Source of the DNA: an uncultured Gammaproteobacteria bacterium
Lineage (GTDB): Bacteria; Pseudomonadota; Gammaproteobacteria; Steroidobacterales; Steroidobacteraceae
DNA length: 64,000 nucleotides
Reading direction: 5' to 3'
Assembly: GCA_963805965.1 (NCBI GenBank)
Contig: CAWDVQ010000011.1
Coordinates: forward strand, 235,802 to 299,801
Shown in pieces: positions 25,768-35,539 of this stretch (its first letter is position 1; each line of letters begins with the position of its first letter). Position numbers and translations under genes: made by a program. The notes beneath the pieces are model-generated. The model saw only the letters and a list, made by a program, of their open reading frames with translations, was not told where the DNA came from and searched no databases.

Positions 25768-26728
25768 TCGATACCGCAAGGCGCACCGGCGCATCCTCGG
25801 CGCTCCGGTGCGGACCAAAATGTTCAATCAGCCAGGTGCGAAACAGCGCGACGGCGGTATCGCTCAGCGCCTCGGGCTGCGTGATCAGGTAATACCCGTA
25901 GCCATCGTCGAGCGAGACCTCGAACGGTCGCACCAGGCGGCCGGAGCGCAGTTCCTCGGCAAACAGATTCACGTCCACCAGCGCCAGCCCTTCACCGCTG
26001 AGGGCGTATTCGACCGCCAGCAGCGCGGTATCGAAAATCACTCCACGCTCGAAATTGATCTGGCCCAGGTTCGCCTGGCGCGCCAGCTGCGTCCAGACGT
26101 GGTGGCGCTCCTGGTCGGCGATGCGCACGTGGATCAGCTCGTTGTCGCGGATGAAACTGCCCAGCTCCTTGCCGGCATGGCGCGCGGCGAGTTCCGGATG
26201 GCACAGGATCGACAGCTTCACCGGCCACAACAGGTCGCTGACGTACTCGGTGACCGCGGGTTTGGAATACACCACCGCCACATCCACATCGCTGGGTGGC
26301 GGCCCGACGCCATAGGGGCTGACCAGATCGAGCTCGATGTCCGGGTTGGCGCGACGAAAATCGCGCAGCACCGGCACCGCCAGCCGCACCGCGAAACTCG
26401 GCGGCATCTGCACGTGCAGCGTGCGCAGCGTCGGGGCTCCGGCATTGCGGATTTCATCCAGCGAGTACTCGAGCCGGTCAAACGACTTGATCACGGTGGG
26501 CAGCAGGTGCTGTCCTGCCTTGGTGAGCACCAGGGCATGCGGCCGGCGGTCGAACAGTTGCACGCCGATCAGCTTCTCGATCGAAATCACGTGGCGCGAC
26601 AGCGCGCTCTGCGAGATGCGCAGCGCATTCGCGGCCGCGGTGAAGCTCGCGTGCTTGGCGACTGCTTCGAATGCGCGCAGCGCGTTCAGCGGCAGCCAGC
26701 GCCGGTCGATGCGTCCTCTGTTGGGCAT
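25760..26728 (-). CDS. LysR-family transcriptional regulator (GcvA-like)
   Basis: LPLNALRAFEAVAKHASFTAAANALRISQSALSRHVISIEKLIGVQLFDRR HTH, followed by a LysR substrate-binding domain. Track ORF trimmed to MPNRG. Confidence 0.9.
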   Translation of the reverse strand: MPNRGRIDRRWLPLNALRAFEAVAKHASFTAAANALRISQSALSRHVISIEKLIGVQLFDRRPHALVLTKAGQHLLPTVIKSFDRLEYSLDEIRNAGAPTLRTLHVQMPPSFAVRLAVPVLRDFRRANPDIELDLVSPYGVGPPPSDVDVAVVYSKPAVTEYVSDLLWPVKLSILCHPELAARHAGKELGSFIRDNELIHVRIADQERHHVWTQLARQANLGQINFERGVIFDTALLAVEYALSGEGLALVDVNLFAEELRSGRLVRPFEVSLDDGYGYYLITQPEALSDTAVALFRTWLIEHFGPHRSAEDAPVRLAVSND

Positions 26729-26939
26729 GGGTGTTCCCGTAAGATCCTTTGGGCCGGCAGCGCCGCGCCGGACGGTGGCGCGCACACATTCTAGCTCCGC
26801 GCCAGCCGGCCGCGCTCGAGAGTGCGGCAACGCCGGCCCTCAAGGCCAATGCCTTTTATTGATGCGGCCGATGCATTTTCTCGGTCTGGAGTCAGCGCTC
26901 GATCTGTGGAAGTATCGCCTGCCACTCAACGGATGGGTC

Positions 26940-28097
26940 ATGAGCGCAGTTCACCTGGCACGGGTTCCAGAAATCATCCAGGGCGCCGGAAGCGTGGACG
27001 CGCTCGGCAGCACGCTGGCGGGCTGCCTGCCGCGCGCCAGCGCCGTGGTGCTTCTGGCGGATCCCGGACTGCGCGCCAGCGGCCTGATCGACACGGCCGC
27101 CGCCGCTCTCACAAGCGCGGGCTTTGGCGTCGTGGTGTGCGACGACATACAGAGTGACCCGACCATGGCGCAGGCCGATGCGGCCGCGCATCTGGCGCGA
27201 CACGAGCGCGCCGCCGCCGTGGTGGCGATCGGCGGCGGCTCGGCCATGGACGTCGGCAAGTCGGTCGCCGCCATCGCTCCCGCCCCGCACCCGGTCAGCC
27301 ACTATGGGCTGTGCGCCAACGCATTCCCGGCCCAGGGCTTGCTGTTGGTGTGCGTGCCGACGACGTCCGGAACCGGCTCGGAAGCGACCCGCACCGCGGT
27401 GCTGGCGGCGCCTGATCATTCGAAGGTCTGGCTCTGGGGCGATGAGCTCAAGCCCAGGCTGATCGTGCTCGACCCGACGCTGACCACGGGGTTGCCGGCG
27501 TCGCTGACCGCCGCCACCGGCATCGATGCGCTGGTGCATGCCATCGAGGCATCGACCAACGCCAATGCCAACGAAGCCAATGATCTTTTCTGCTTCGAGG
27601 CGATCCGGCTGGTGGTCGGGAACCTGATGCGCGCGCTGGAGGCGCCGGGCGATCTTGTGGCGCGGGCCGGCATGCAGCGCGCGGCGACGCTGGCCGGTAT
27701 CGGCATCGACAACTGTGGCACTGCGATTGCGCACAACATCGGGCATGCACTGGCCTCACTGCGCCCGGTGCATCACGGCCGCGCGGTCGGGCTGGCGCTG
27801 CGCGCGACGCTGGCATGGAATGCCGCCGATGACAGCGCGGGGCGATTTGCCGCGGTCGCCGCCGCGATGGGCGAGCCGCGCGAGGCCGCCCGTGCTGCCG
27901 CGGCTTTCGAGCGGCTGCTGCGAGCGTGCGGCATCAAGGTGTCGCTCGGCGGCGAGGGCCACGACGCCATCCGCCCGGCGGATCTGGCGCGGCAGATGGC
28001 GCGACCCGAGAATGAGGCGATGCGCCGCTCCAACCGGCGCGCGGTGAGCGATGCCGACCTGTTAGCCTTTGCCACTGCCGTACTGACCGCGAGCTAA
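26940..28097 (+). CDS. iron-containing (group III) alcohol dehydrogenase
   Basis: VVAIGGGSAMDVGK, VPTTSGTGSE and GIDALVHAIE are Fe-ADH signatures. The 586-aa track ORF was trimmed to MSAVHL. Confidence 0.85.
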   Translation: MSAVHLARVPEIIQGAGSVDALGSTLAGCLPRASAVVLLADPGLRASGLIDTAAAALTSAGFGVVVCDDIQSDPTMAQADAAAHLARHERAAAVVAIGGGSAMDVGKSVAAIAPAPHPVSHYGLCANAFPAQGLLLVCVPTTSGTGSEATRTAVLAAPDHSKVWLWGDELKPRLIVLDPTLTTGLPASLTAATGIDALVHAIEASTNANANEANDLFCFEAIRLVVGNLMRALEAPGDLVARAGMQRAATLAGIGIDNCGTAIAHNIGHALASLRPVHHGRAVGLALRATLAWNAADDSAGRFAAVAAAMGEPREAARAAAAFERLLRACGIKVSLGGEGHDAIRPADLARQMARPENEAMRRSNRRAVSDADLLAFATAVLTAS

Positions 28098-28102
28098 AAC
28101 TG

Positions 28103-29608
28103 GTGAACGAGGCACTCACGTCCCGCGACCGGGCAAGTTGGGAACGCAGCGCCGCGGCGCTCAAGATCGAGGGCCGCGCCTTCATCAATGGCCGCCACGT
28201 AGCGGCGCAATCCGGCCGCGTTTTCGATGACATCAGTCCGATCGACGGCAAGGTTATCGGCCAGGTCGCACGCTGCGAGGCGGCGGACGTCGACGCCGCG
28301 GTGGCTGCGGCGCGCGCCGCGTTTGAGGGCGGCGCCTGGCGCAGGAGCGAACCGCGGCAGCGCAAGCGCGTGCTGCTGCGCTTTGCCGAACTGATCCGCG
28401 CCGACATCGAGCGCCTGGCCCTGCTCGAGACGCTCGATGTCGGGAAACCGATCCACAATTCGATCAATGTCGATGTTCCCAACTGCGCCGACTGCATTGC
28501 TTATTACGCCGAGTTTGCCGACAAGCTGGTGGATGAGATCGCGGCCACCGGCCCGGATGACCTGGCGCTGATCCGGCGTGAGCCGCTGGGAGTCGTCGGC
28601 GCGATCGTGCCGTGGAATTACCCGCTCATCATCAGTGCCTGGAAGATCGGGCCGGCATTGCTGGCGGGCAATTCGGTGGTGCTCAAGCCCGCCGAGCAGT
28701 CACCGCTCGGCAGCATCCGCCTCGGCGAGCTCGGCCTCGAGGCCGGACTGCCGCCCGGGGTGCTCAATGTCGTACCCGGTTACGGCGAGGAGGCCGGCAA
28801 GCCGCTGGCGCTGCATCCGGATGTGGACATGATCAGCTTCACCGGATCGACCGAGGTCGGCAAGCTGATGATGCGCTATGCCGGCGAGTCCAATCTCAAA
28901 CGCGTAGCGCTGGAGCTCGGTGGCAAGAGTCCGCACCTGGTGATGGCGGATGCGGACCTGGAACAAGCGGCCGCAGGCATAGCATGGGGCATCTACTACA
29001 ACGCCGGCGAGACCTGTCACGCCGGTTCGCGCCTGATCGTGCAACAGCAGGTGCGCGCCGGCCTGATCGACGCCATCGAGCGTGTAGCCCGCACCATCAC
29101 GCTGGGACATCCGTTTGACCCGGCGACGCAGATGGGAGCGCTGATTGACAGCGGCCATCTCAAACGGGTGCTGGGCTACATCGATTCCGGCATCGCCGAA
29201 GGCGCGCGCGTGGCCTTCGGCGGCCGCCAGGCGCTGGCCGACAGCGGCGGCTACTACGTCGAAGCCACGGTCCTGGATGAGGTGCAGCCGCACATGCGCG
29301 TCAGCCGTGAGGAGATCTTCGGCCCGGTACTGGCGGTGAGCGCTTTTCGCGAACCCGGCGATGCGCTGCAGGTTGCCAACGATACGATCTACGGCCTGGC
29401 GGCCGCCGTCTGGACCCAGGATATGAATCTCGCCCACCGGCTGTCGGGTGCGCTGCGTGCGGGCACCGTGTGGATCAACAGTTTCGATCGCTCGTCGATG
29501 GCCACGCCGTTCGGCGGCTTCAAGCACTCGGGCTTCGGGCGCGATCGCTCCCCGCACGCGATCGACAAGTACGTCGATCTCAAGACCATCTGGACCGCCT
29601 TTCACTAG
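28103..29608 (+). CDS. NAD(P)-dependent aldehyde dehydrogenase (PuuC/aminoaldehyde-type)
   Basis: 501 aa. VGAIVPWNYPL, FTGSTEVGK, LELGGKSP and EEIFGPV are classical ALDH motifs. GTG start 5 nt after the ADH stop. Confidence 0.9.
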   Translation: MNEALTSRDRASWERSAAALKIEGRAFINGRHVAAQSGRVFDDISPIDGKVIGQVARCEAADVDAAVAAARAAFEGGAWRRSEPRQRKRVLLRFAELIRADIERLALLETLDVGKPIHNSINVDVPNCADCIAYYAEFADKLVDEIAATGPDDLALIRREPLGVVGAIVPWNYPLIISAWKIGPALLAGNSVVLKPAEQSPLGSIRLGELGLEAGLPPGVLNVVPGYGEEAGKPLALHPDVDMISFTGSTEVGKLMMRYAGESNLKRVALELGGKSPHLVMADADLEQAAAGIAWGIYYNAGETCHAGSRLIVQQQVRAGLIDAIERVARTITLGHPFDPATQMGALIDSGHLKRVLGYIDSGIAEGARVAFGGRQALADSGGYYVEATVLDEVQPHMRVSREEIFGPVLAVSAFREPGDALQVANDTIYGLAAAVWTQDMNLAHRLSGALRAGTVWINSFDRSSMATPFGGFKHSGFGRDRSPHAIDKYVDLKTIWTAFH

Positions 29609-29644
29609 AGCGACGGCACGCGGCTGGCGCCGGCGGCGCGCATG

Positions 29645-31249
29645 TCAGACTCCGGCCTCGTCCGCCAGGATCATCGCCGCACCCCGTTCCGCCACCATCA
29701 TCACCGGCGCGTTAGTGTTGCCGGAGGTGATCGAAGGGAACACCGAGGCGTCCACCACCCGCAAGCCGGCGACGCCGTGCACCCGCAGGCGCGCGTCGAC
29801 CACGGCGTGCGCCGGGTCATTACCCATGGCGCAGGTTCCGACCGGGTGAAACACCGATCCGGCGCGTTGCCGGAAATCCGCCAGCAGCTCCTGGTCGGAC
29901 TGCAACTGCACTCCGGGCTGAAGCTCGCGCTCGATGAGCTCGGCCAGCGGCGGCGTGGCGGCGATGCTGCGCAACAGCCGTGCGCCCACGCACACCTTCG
30001 CAACATCGCCTTCGGTAGACAGATAATTCGGGAAGATTGCCGGCGCCATTTGCGGATCGGCCGAGCGGATGGCCAGGTAGCCGCGGCTGGTCGGCCGGCA
30101 GGCGTTGAAGGACAGCAGGACACCGGGGAATGAATCCGGATTCATCAGCCGCCGGTCTCTGGTGCGGGTACTGGTGTAGCTGGCCGGATTGAAATACAGC
30201 TGCAGGTCCGGCGCCGCTTTGTCCGCGTTGCTGCGGACGAAGCCGCCGCCCTGGTTCACGCTCATCGACAGCGGGCCGCGCCGCCGCAGCAGGAACTCGA
30301 TGCCGGCCCGGATCTTGCCGCGCAGCGGATAGAGCTGGTCGTTGAGCGTCGGCACGCGGCTGCGATAGATATAGTTGATACCCAGGTGATCCTGGAGATT
30401 CTGGCCAACCGCCGGTGCGACGTGCCGCAATGCAATGCCACAGCGCGCCAGCAACGCCGGATCGGCGATCCCGGACAGTTGCAGCAGTTGCGGTGAGTTG
30501 ATGCTGCCGGCGGACAGGATCACCGCGCGCGCGGCGCTCGCGCGGCGCGCCTGGCCGTGCCACAGGTATCGGACCCCAGAGGCGCGCTGGCCTTCGAAGT
30601 CGATCTGCCCTACCAGCGCCCGCAGCTTCAGCACCAGGTTCGCTCGGGTGAGTGCCGGTCGCAGGTAGGCGCTGGCGGTGGACTCGCGCATTCCGCCGCG
30701 TGTGGTGATGGGATAGATGCCGACGCCCTCGCTCTGGGCGCTGTTGAAGTCCGGTGTATAGCGGTAGCCGAGTGACTCGCAGGCGCGCAAGTACGCCTGG
30801 CACAGCGGATGCGCCATCGGATTCATATCCGTCACCCGCAGCTGCCCGGCGCCACCGTCGGCGCGATTTTCCAGGGATTCGAATATCGGCCGCACGCCGG
30901 CCCAGCTCCAGCCGGCATCGGTGCAGGCCGCCCAGTCGTCAAAATCCGCAGGCTGTCCGCGCACGTAGACCATGGCGTTGATCGAGCCGGAACCGCCGAG
31001 GACTTTGCCGCGCGGCCAGAAGCTGCGCGCGCCGTCCAGCCCGGCATCCGGCTCGGTTTCGTACATCCAGTTGACGTGCGGGTCGTTGTAGGTACGCCCG
31101 TAGCCAATCGGCACCCGGATCCAGAAGCGCCGGTCCGAGCCCCCGGCCTCGAGCAACAGTACCCGGTTGCGGCTGCGGGCCGACAACCGGTTCGCAAGCA
31201 CGCAACCGGCAGTGCCGGCACCGACGATGATGTAGTCGAAGCTGTCCAT
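29645..31249 (-). CDS. GMC-family FAD oxidoreductase (choline-dehydrogenase-like)
   Basis: MDSFDYIIVGAGTAGCVLANRLS, GGSGSINAMVYVRG, HPVGTCAMG and DASVFPSITSGNTNAP. Start could be the GTG at 31264. Confidence 0.88.
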   Translation of the reverse strand: MDSFDYIIVGAGTAGCVLANRLSARSRNRVLLLEAGGSDRRFWIRVPIGYGRTYNDPHVNWMYETEPDAGLDGARSFWPRGKVLGGSGSINAMVYVRGQPADFDDWAACTDAGWSWAGVRPIFESLENRADGGAGQLRVTDMNPMAHPLCQAYLRACESLGYRYTPDFNSAQSEGVGIYPITTRGGMRESTASAYLRPALTRANLVLKLRALVGQIDFEGQRASGVRYLWHGQARRASAARAVILSAGSINSPQLLQLSGIADPALLARCGIALRHVAPAVGQNLQDHLGINYIYRSRVPTLNDQLYPLRGKIRAGIEFLLRRRGPLSMSVNQGGGFVRSNADKAAPDLQLYFNPASYTSTRTRDRRLMNPDSFPGVLLSFNACRPTSRGYLAIRSADPQMAPAIFPNYLSTEGDVAKVCVGARLLRSIAATPPLAELIERELQPGVQLQSDQELLADFRQRAGSVFHPVGTCAMGNDPAHAVVDARLRVHGVAGLRVVDASVFPSITSGNTNAPVMMVAERGAAMILADEAGV

Positions 31250-31322
31250 TCGCCGAGCTTGCACCTGGCATCACGCAGGTCGCAGTATCTGCGACTGAGC
31301 CCGAGCCTCGCAAAGGCAATCG

Positions 31323-32861
31323 ATGACTGAAGTTCCCGCAAGGTCCCGCCGACGTGGAGGAGGGCGCGCTGCGCGCTCCACCGGCCCCTCGCTGGCGCCG
31401 CTGCCGCGGCTGACCAACCACTTTCCGCCGCTGGAGATCCTGAGCGCCGAACAGGTGGAGCGCATCCTGGTGGCGGCGTTTCGCATCCTGGAGGAGGCGG
31501 GACTGGAGATTCGCAGCAGCGCCGCGCGCGCGGTGTATCGCAGCGCCGGGGCACTGGTGGACGAGGACACGCAGCTGGTGCGCATCGGGCGGGACATCGT
31601 CGAGGCGCACCTGGCGCACGCACCGGAGAGCTTCGTGCTGCATGCGCGCGACCCGGAACGGCATCTGCACGTTGGCGGCAGCGTGGTGAATTTCGGGCCG
31701 GTGCACGGCGCCCCCAATATCAGCGACCGCGAGGGCGGTCGCCGCTACGGCGACATCGAGGGCTTTCGCAATATCCTGCGCCTCACCCACACGCTCGGTA
31801 TCCTGCACTGGCAGGGCGGCATCGTGGTCGAGCCGGTCGATGTCCCGGTGGCGACCCGTCACCTGGCGACCTACCAGGCGCACATCGAATGCGCCGACAT
31901 CGTCTGGGCGGCGCGCGGCGTGGGCGGCGTGCAGGCGGAAGACGCTCTCGCCATGTCGGCTATCGAGCACGGCTGCAGCATCGAACAGCTGGCGTCGCGT
32001 CCGACGCTGATGACGGTCACCAACGTCAATTCGCCGCGGCGCGTCGACGCCGAGATCCTCGACAACATCATGGTGATGGCGCGCCACGGCCAGTGCGTGG
32101 TCATCACGCCGTTCACGCTCATGGGGGCAATGGCGCCGGTGACGCTGGCCGGCGCACTGGTGCAGCAGACCGCAGAGGCCATGGGCATCGTCGCGCTGTG
32201 TCAGATGCTGCGCCCCGGCACGCCGTGCGTGATGGGTGGCTTTACCTCCAACGTCGACATGCGCACCGGCTCACCGGCGTTCGGCACGCCCGAATACGTC
32301 AATGCGATCATGGCCAGTGCGCAGATCGGGCGGCGCCTGAAGCTTCCGGTTCGCACCAGCGCCGTCAACGCCTCGCCGGTGGTGGACGCGCAATCCACCT
32401 ACGAGACCGCATTCTCGCTGCAGGCCGCGATCCTCAGCCACAGTCACCTGATCAACCACGCCGCGGGCTGGCTGGAGGGCGGCATGTCGGCATCGCTGGA
32501 GAAGATCATCGTCGACGCCGAACTGCTGCGCAGCTGGGCCGAGATCCTGCGGCCGGTCAGCTTCAGCGACGACGACCTGGCGGTCGATGCCATCAAGGAC
32601 GTCGCCGCCGGCGGGCATTTCTTCGGCAGCTCGCATACGCTGGCGCGTTACGAGTCGGCGTTCTATCGGCCGCTGCTGTCGGACTGGTCGAATTTCGAGA
32701 ACTGGACCGATGCCGGCGCGCGCAACGCGACCGAGCGCGCGACCGCGATCTGGAAGAAGACCCTGGCTGACTACGTGCCGCCGCCGCTCGACCCGGCGAT
32801 CAAGGAGGCCATCGACGCCTACGTGGCCCGCAGGAGCGGTGAACTGGGCGCCGCGGCCTGA
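31323..32861 (+). CDS. MttB-superfamily (non-pyrrolysine) methyltransferase, paralog 2
   Basis: 512-aa uninterrupted ORF. VITPFTLMGAMAPVTLAGAL, GGFTSNVDMRTGSPAFGTPEY, NHAAGWLEGGM and AAGGHFFGSSHT. Confidence 0.88.
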   Translation: MTEVPARSRRRGGGRAARSTGPSLAPLPRLTNHFPPLEILSAEQVERILVAAFRILEEAGLEIRSSAARAVYRSAGALVDEDTQLVRIGRDIVEAHLAHAPESFVLHARDPERHLHVGGSVVNFGPVHGAPNISDREGGRRYGDIEGFRNILRLTHTLGILHWQGGIVVEPVDVPVATRHLATYQAHIECADIVWAARGVGGVQAEDALAMSAIEHGCSIEQLASRPTLMTVTNVNSPRRVDAEILDNIMVMARHGQCVVITPFTLMGAMAPVTLAGALVQQTAEAMGIVALCQMLRPGTPCVMGGFTSNVDMRTGSPAFGTPEYVNAIMASAQIGRRLKLPVRTSAVNASPVVDAQSTYETAFSLQAAILSHSHLINHAAGWLEGGMSASLEKIIVDAELLRSWAEILRPVSFSDDDLAVDAIKDVAAGGHFFGSSHTLARYESAFYRPLLSDWSNFENWTDAGARNATERATAIWKKTLADYVPPPLDPAIKEAIDAYVARRSGELGAAA

Positions 32862-32885
32862 CATCCGCTTCGCAGGACGCCGCAC

Positions 32886-33701
32886 ATGAGCGACTGGATC
32901 ATGAACGCTCGCATGTACGCGGTGACGCCCGAGGTCGAGGCGGCCTGGCGCTCGCTGCTCGAGCACATCACCGATGAGGCCGGGGTCGAGTTCAGGTACC
33001 TGCGCTACCCGGCGCCGCAACCGCTCGAGCAGCTGTGGTCGCGAGCCGATCTGGGTTTGGTGTTCATGTGCGGCTTTCCCATTGCACTCAAGCTCGCGGC
33101 AGTGATCCCGCTGGCGGCGCCGATTCCACGAGCGGCCTGGGCTGGCGGCCGCGCACTCTACCGCACCGACCTGATCGTGCGCAGCGATGCGCCCTACCTG
33201 ACATTGGAGGATACCTTCGGCGCTCGCGCCGGCTGGACCGTGGCGCACTCGCAATCCGGCTTCAATGCCTTTCGCCACCACCTGCTCGCGTTCCGCACAC
33301 CCGAGCGCCCGGCGCTGTATGGCCAGATGGCGGCCAACCTCGTGACCGCGCGCAACGTGCTCGACAGCGTGCGCGACGGGCGCATCGATGTCGGGCCGCT
33401 CGACGCCTACTGGCACATGTTGATCGCCCGTCACGCCCCGCAGCTCACGGCAGGTATCCGGATCCTGAGCTCTACCGCCGCGGCACCAATGCCCGCATTC
33501 GTGGCCGCCGCCGGCGCGCCCGCGCCGATGATCGTCCGCTTGCGCGCTGCCTTCGCCGGCGCCGCAACGCGCCCCTGGTTCGGTCGGCTGGCGGATGTAC
33601 TGCTGTTGGACGGATTTGCCGAGGTCAGCGAGCGGTCCTATGAGACGCTGCTGGAATGGGATCGGGCAGCGACTGCGGCCGGCTTTGAGCTGCCGGCGTA
33701 A
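32886..33701 (+). CDS. PhnD/SsuA-like periplasmic-binding-protein-fold protein without signal peptide
   Basis: MNARMYAVTPEVEAAWRSLLEHI...FMCGFP...YRTDLIVRSD...SQSGFNAFRHHL matches the leaderless PhnD-like family. The N-terminus is not hydrophobic. Confidence 0.65.
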   Translation: MSDWIMNARMYAVTPEVEAAWRSLLEHITDEAGVEFRYLRYPAPQPLEQLWSRADLGLVFMCGFPIALKLAAVIPLAAPIPRAAWAGGRALYRTDLIVRSDAPYLTLEDTFGARAGWTVAHSQSGFNAFRHHLLAFRTPERPALYGQMAANLVTARNVLDSVRDGRIDVGPLDAYWHMLIARHAPQLTAGIRILSSTAAAPMPAFVAAAGAPAPMIVRLRAAFAGAATRPWFGRLADVLLLDGFAEVSERSYETLLEWDRAATAAGFELPA

Positions 33702-33712
33702 CTCGCGACACT

Positions 33713-34708
33713 CTAGCTCAAGGCGGCGGAGCGGGCTCCGGGCACGCGGCCCTTCGGCATCGGGTGCAGCGGCGCATCGTGGCGGCGAAACAGGAAGCGG
33801 CGCGCCACATCGAAATAGCTGTAGTAGACCAGGCCGCCGTTTTCCTCCAGCAGTCGATCGCGCACCACACGGTAACGGGCGTTGTACTGGTACCAGGGGA
33901 TATTCGGTGCCTCGTGATGCAACGAGTGCAGGTTGTTGAACAGGAACAGCGGACCGAACAACCACGAGCCCTCGACGATGGCGATGCGCTGGCGTGTCTC
34001 CAGGCGCGCGCGATGCTCGGCGAAGGAGCGGATCAGCTGGATTGAATGTGCCGGCATGACCATCACGAAGAAGTAGATCGACAGCGGAATGCCGCACACC
34101 AGCTTCACCCACAGCACCACCGGCACACACCACAGCAGGTGCCTGAGCCAGATGGCGCGTGCCTCGTGCTCATTGTGCCGCACGGCGTGGCATTCGAAGC
34201 GAAGAAATCTGCCGATGCTCCAGAACGGGCCGATGACAATGCGCCCCGCCAGCGTTTGCTGTGCCTGCAGCAGCGCGCGCGTCACCGGGCTGAGTTCGGC
34301 CCACTGGTCGGGTGTCCAGTAATAGGATTCCGGATCATCGAGCGGGTCGGTGAGGCGCTTGTCGTTGTGGTGCGCCAGGTGGCTGCGCCGGTAATGCTCG
34401 AACGGCAACCACAACGATAGTGGTACCACCCCCAGCATCCAGTTCACGCCCTGCCAGCGGGTCGGGTGGCCGTGCACGATCTCGTGCTGCAACGAGCTGT
34501 GCAGCGTGATCAGCAGCACTGCGATCGGCGCGGTGAGCGCCAGCGGCCAGTGACCATAGGCCAGAGTGATCGCCAGCCAGCCACCATAGACAGCCACGAT
34601 CAGCAGTAGCGTCGGCAGCTCCACGCTGGCGCGCCGTGCGCGGCGGATGACGCGGGCACCGGGTGCGTTGTGCTCGATACTCGTTGCAGCCATGGACGGG
34701 GCAGCCAA
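33713..34708 (-). CDS. membrane fatty-acid-desaturase-family di-iron enzyme
   Basis: Three His boxes, HEIVHGH, HLAHHN and HSLHHE, with intervening TM segments. Confidence 0.8.
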   Translation of the reverse strand: MAAPSMAATSIEHNAPGARVIRRARRASVELPTLLLIVAVYGGWLAITLAYGHWPLALTAPIAVLLITLHSSLQHEIVHGHPTRWQGVNWMLGVVPLSLWLPFEHYRRSHLAHHNDKRLTDPLDDPESYYWTPDQWAELSPVTRALLQAQQTLAGRIVIGPFWSIGRFLRFECHAVRHNEHEARAIWLRHLLWCVPVVLWVKLVCGIPLSIYFFVMVMPAHSIQLIRSFAEHRARLETRQRIAIVEGSWLFGPLFLFNNLHSLHHEAPNIPWYQYNARYRVVRDRLLEENGGLVYYSYFDVARRFLFRRHDAPLHPMPKGRVPGARSAALS

Positions 34709-34798
34709 TGTCGGGAACTTCCTACGTTCATTGTAAGCGTAATCGTCAAGCGGCGCCGTCGACGGGATCGCATAACCTGATGCCGCAACTGGCGTCGT

Positions 34799-35539
34799 CT
34801 AGTCGATGCGGGCGTTACCGAACAGGCGCCGTTCGACCGCTACCATGGCGTCATAAAGCAGGATTGCGATCAGTCCGGTCACCAGGCCACCCTGCAGGAT
34901 GAAGGCGGCGTTATTTGACAGAAGCCCGGCGATGATCACCTCACCCAGGCCTTTGGCGCCGACCGTGGAGCCGATGGCGGCGGTGCCCACGTTGATGACC
35001 AGGGACAGTCTTATTCCCTCTAAAATCAATGGCATAGCGAGAGGAAGTTCGATTGACAGCAGGCGCTGGGCAGGGCTCATGCCCATGCCACTGGCGGCCT
35101 CCAGCACCGCCGGCGGACAGGCGCGCAGTCCGCCGATCGTGTTCTCGAAGATCGGCAGCAAGCCATAACAGAACAACGCGATCAGGGTGGGCCTGAGGCC
35201 GAAGCCGACCAGCGGCACGGCAATCGCCAGCACCGCCACCGGTGGAAAGGTCTGGCCGATGTTCACCAGCGTGCGCGACAGCGGCAGAAACTGCGCGCCG
35301 CGGGCGCGGGTTACCGCGATCCCGAGCCCGACCGCCACCAGCGCGCTGGCCGCCGTCGCGCACAGCACGGTCCCGACCTGCGCCAGTGCCAGGGTCAGCA
35401 GATTGCCCTGATCGTATATCGCCGGCGCCCCGTACTGCGTCAGCGGCTCGAACAACGGAGCGAAGCTGCGCGGTGCCAGCAGGAATGCCGCCAGCAACCC
35501 CAGCGCCGCCAGGCGCAGCGGCAGCGCGCCGCCCGGCAT
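34799..35539 (-). CDS. ABC transporter permease (OpuC/ProW-type, betaine/choline/carnitine family)
   Basis: BPD-transporter fold with the EAASGMGMSPAQRLLSIELPLAMP EAA-loop motif. TGATG overlap with the ATPase stop. Confidence 0.85.
   Translation of the reverse strand: MPGGALPLRLAALGLLAAFLLAPRSFAPLFEPLTQYGAPAIYDQGNLLTLALAQVGTVLCATAASALVAVGLGIAVTRARGAQFLPLSRTLVNIGQTFPPVAVLAIAVPLVGFGLRPTLIALFCYGLLPIFENTIGGLRACPPAVLEAASGMGMSPAQRLLSIELPLAMPLILEGIRLSLVINVGTAAIGSTVGAKGLGEVIIAGLLSNNAAFILQGGLVTGLIAILLYDAMVAVERRLFGNARID

Noticed and set aside
34709-34798. Sigma70-like hexamers (TTGACG ... TACAAT) upstream of the desaturase-family gene.
   Set aside because: The spacer between the hexamers is only ~8 nt, so this is not a functional -35/-10 arrangement.
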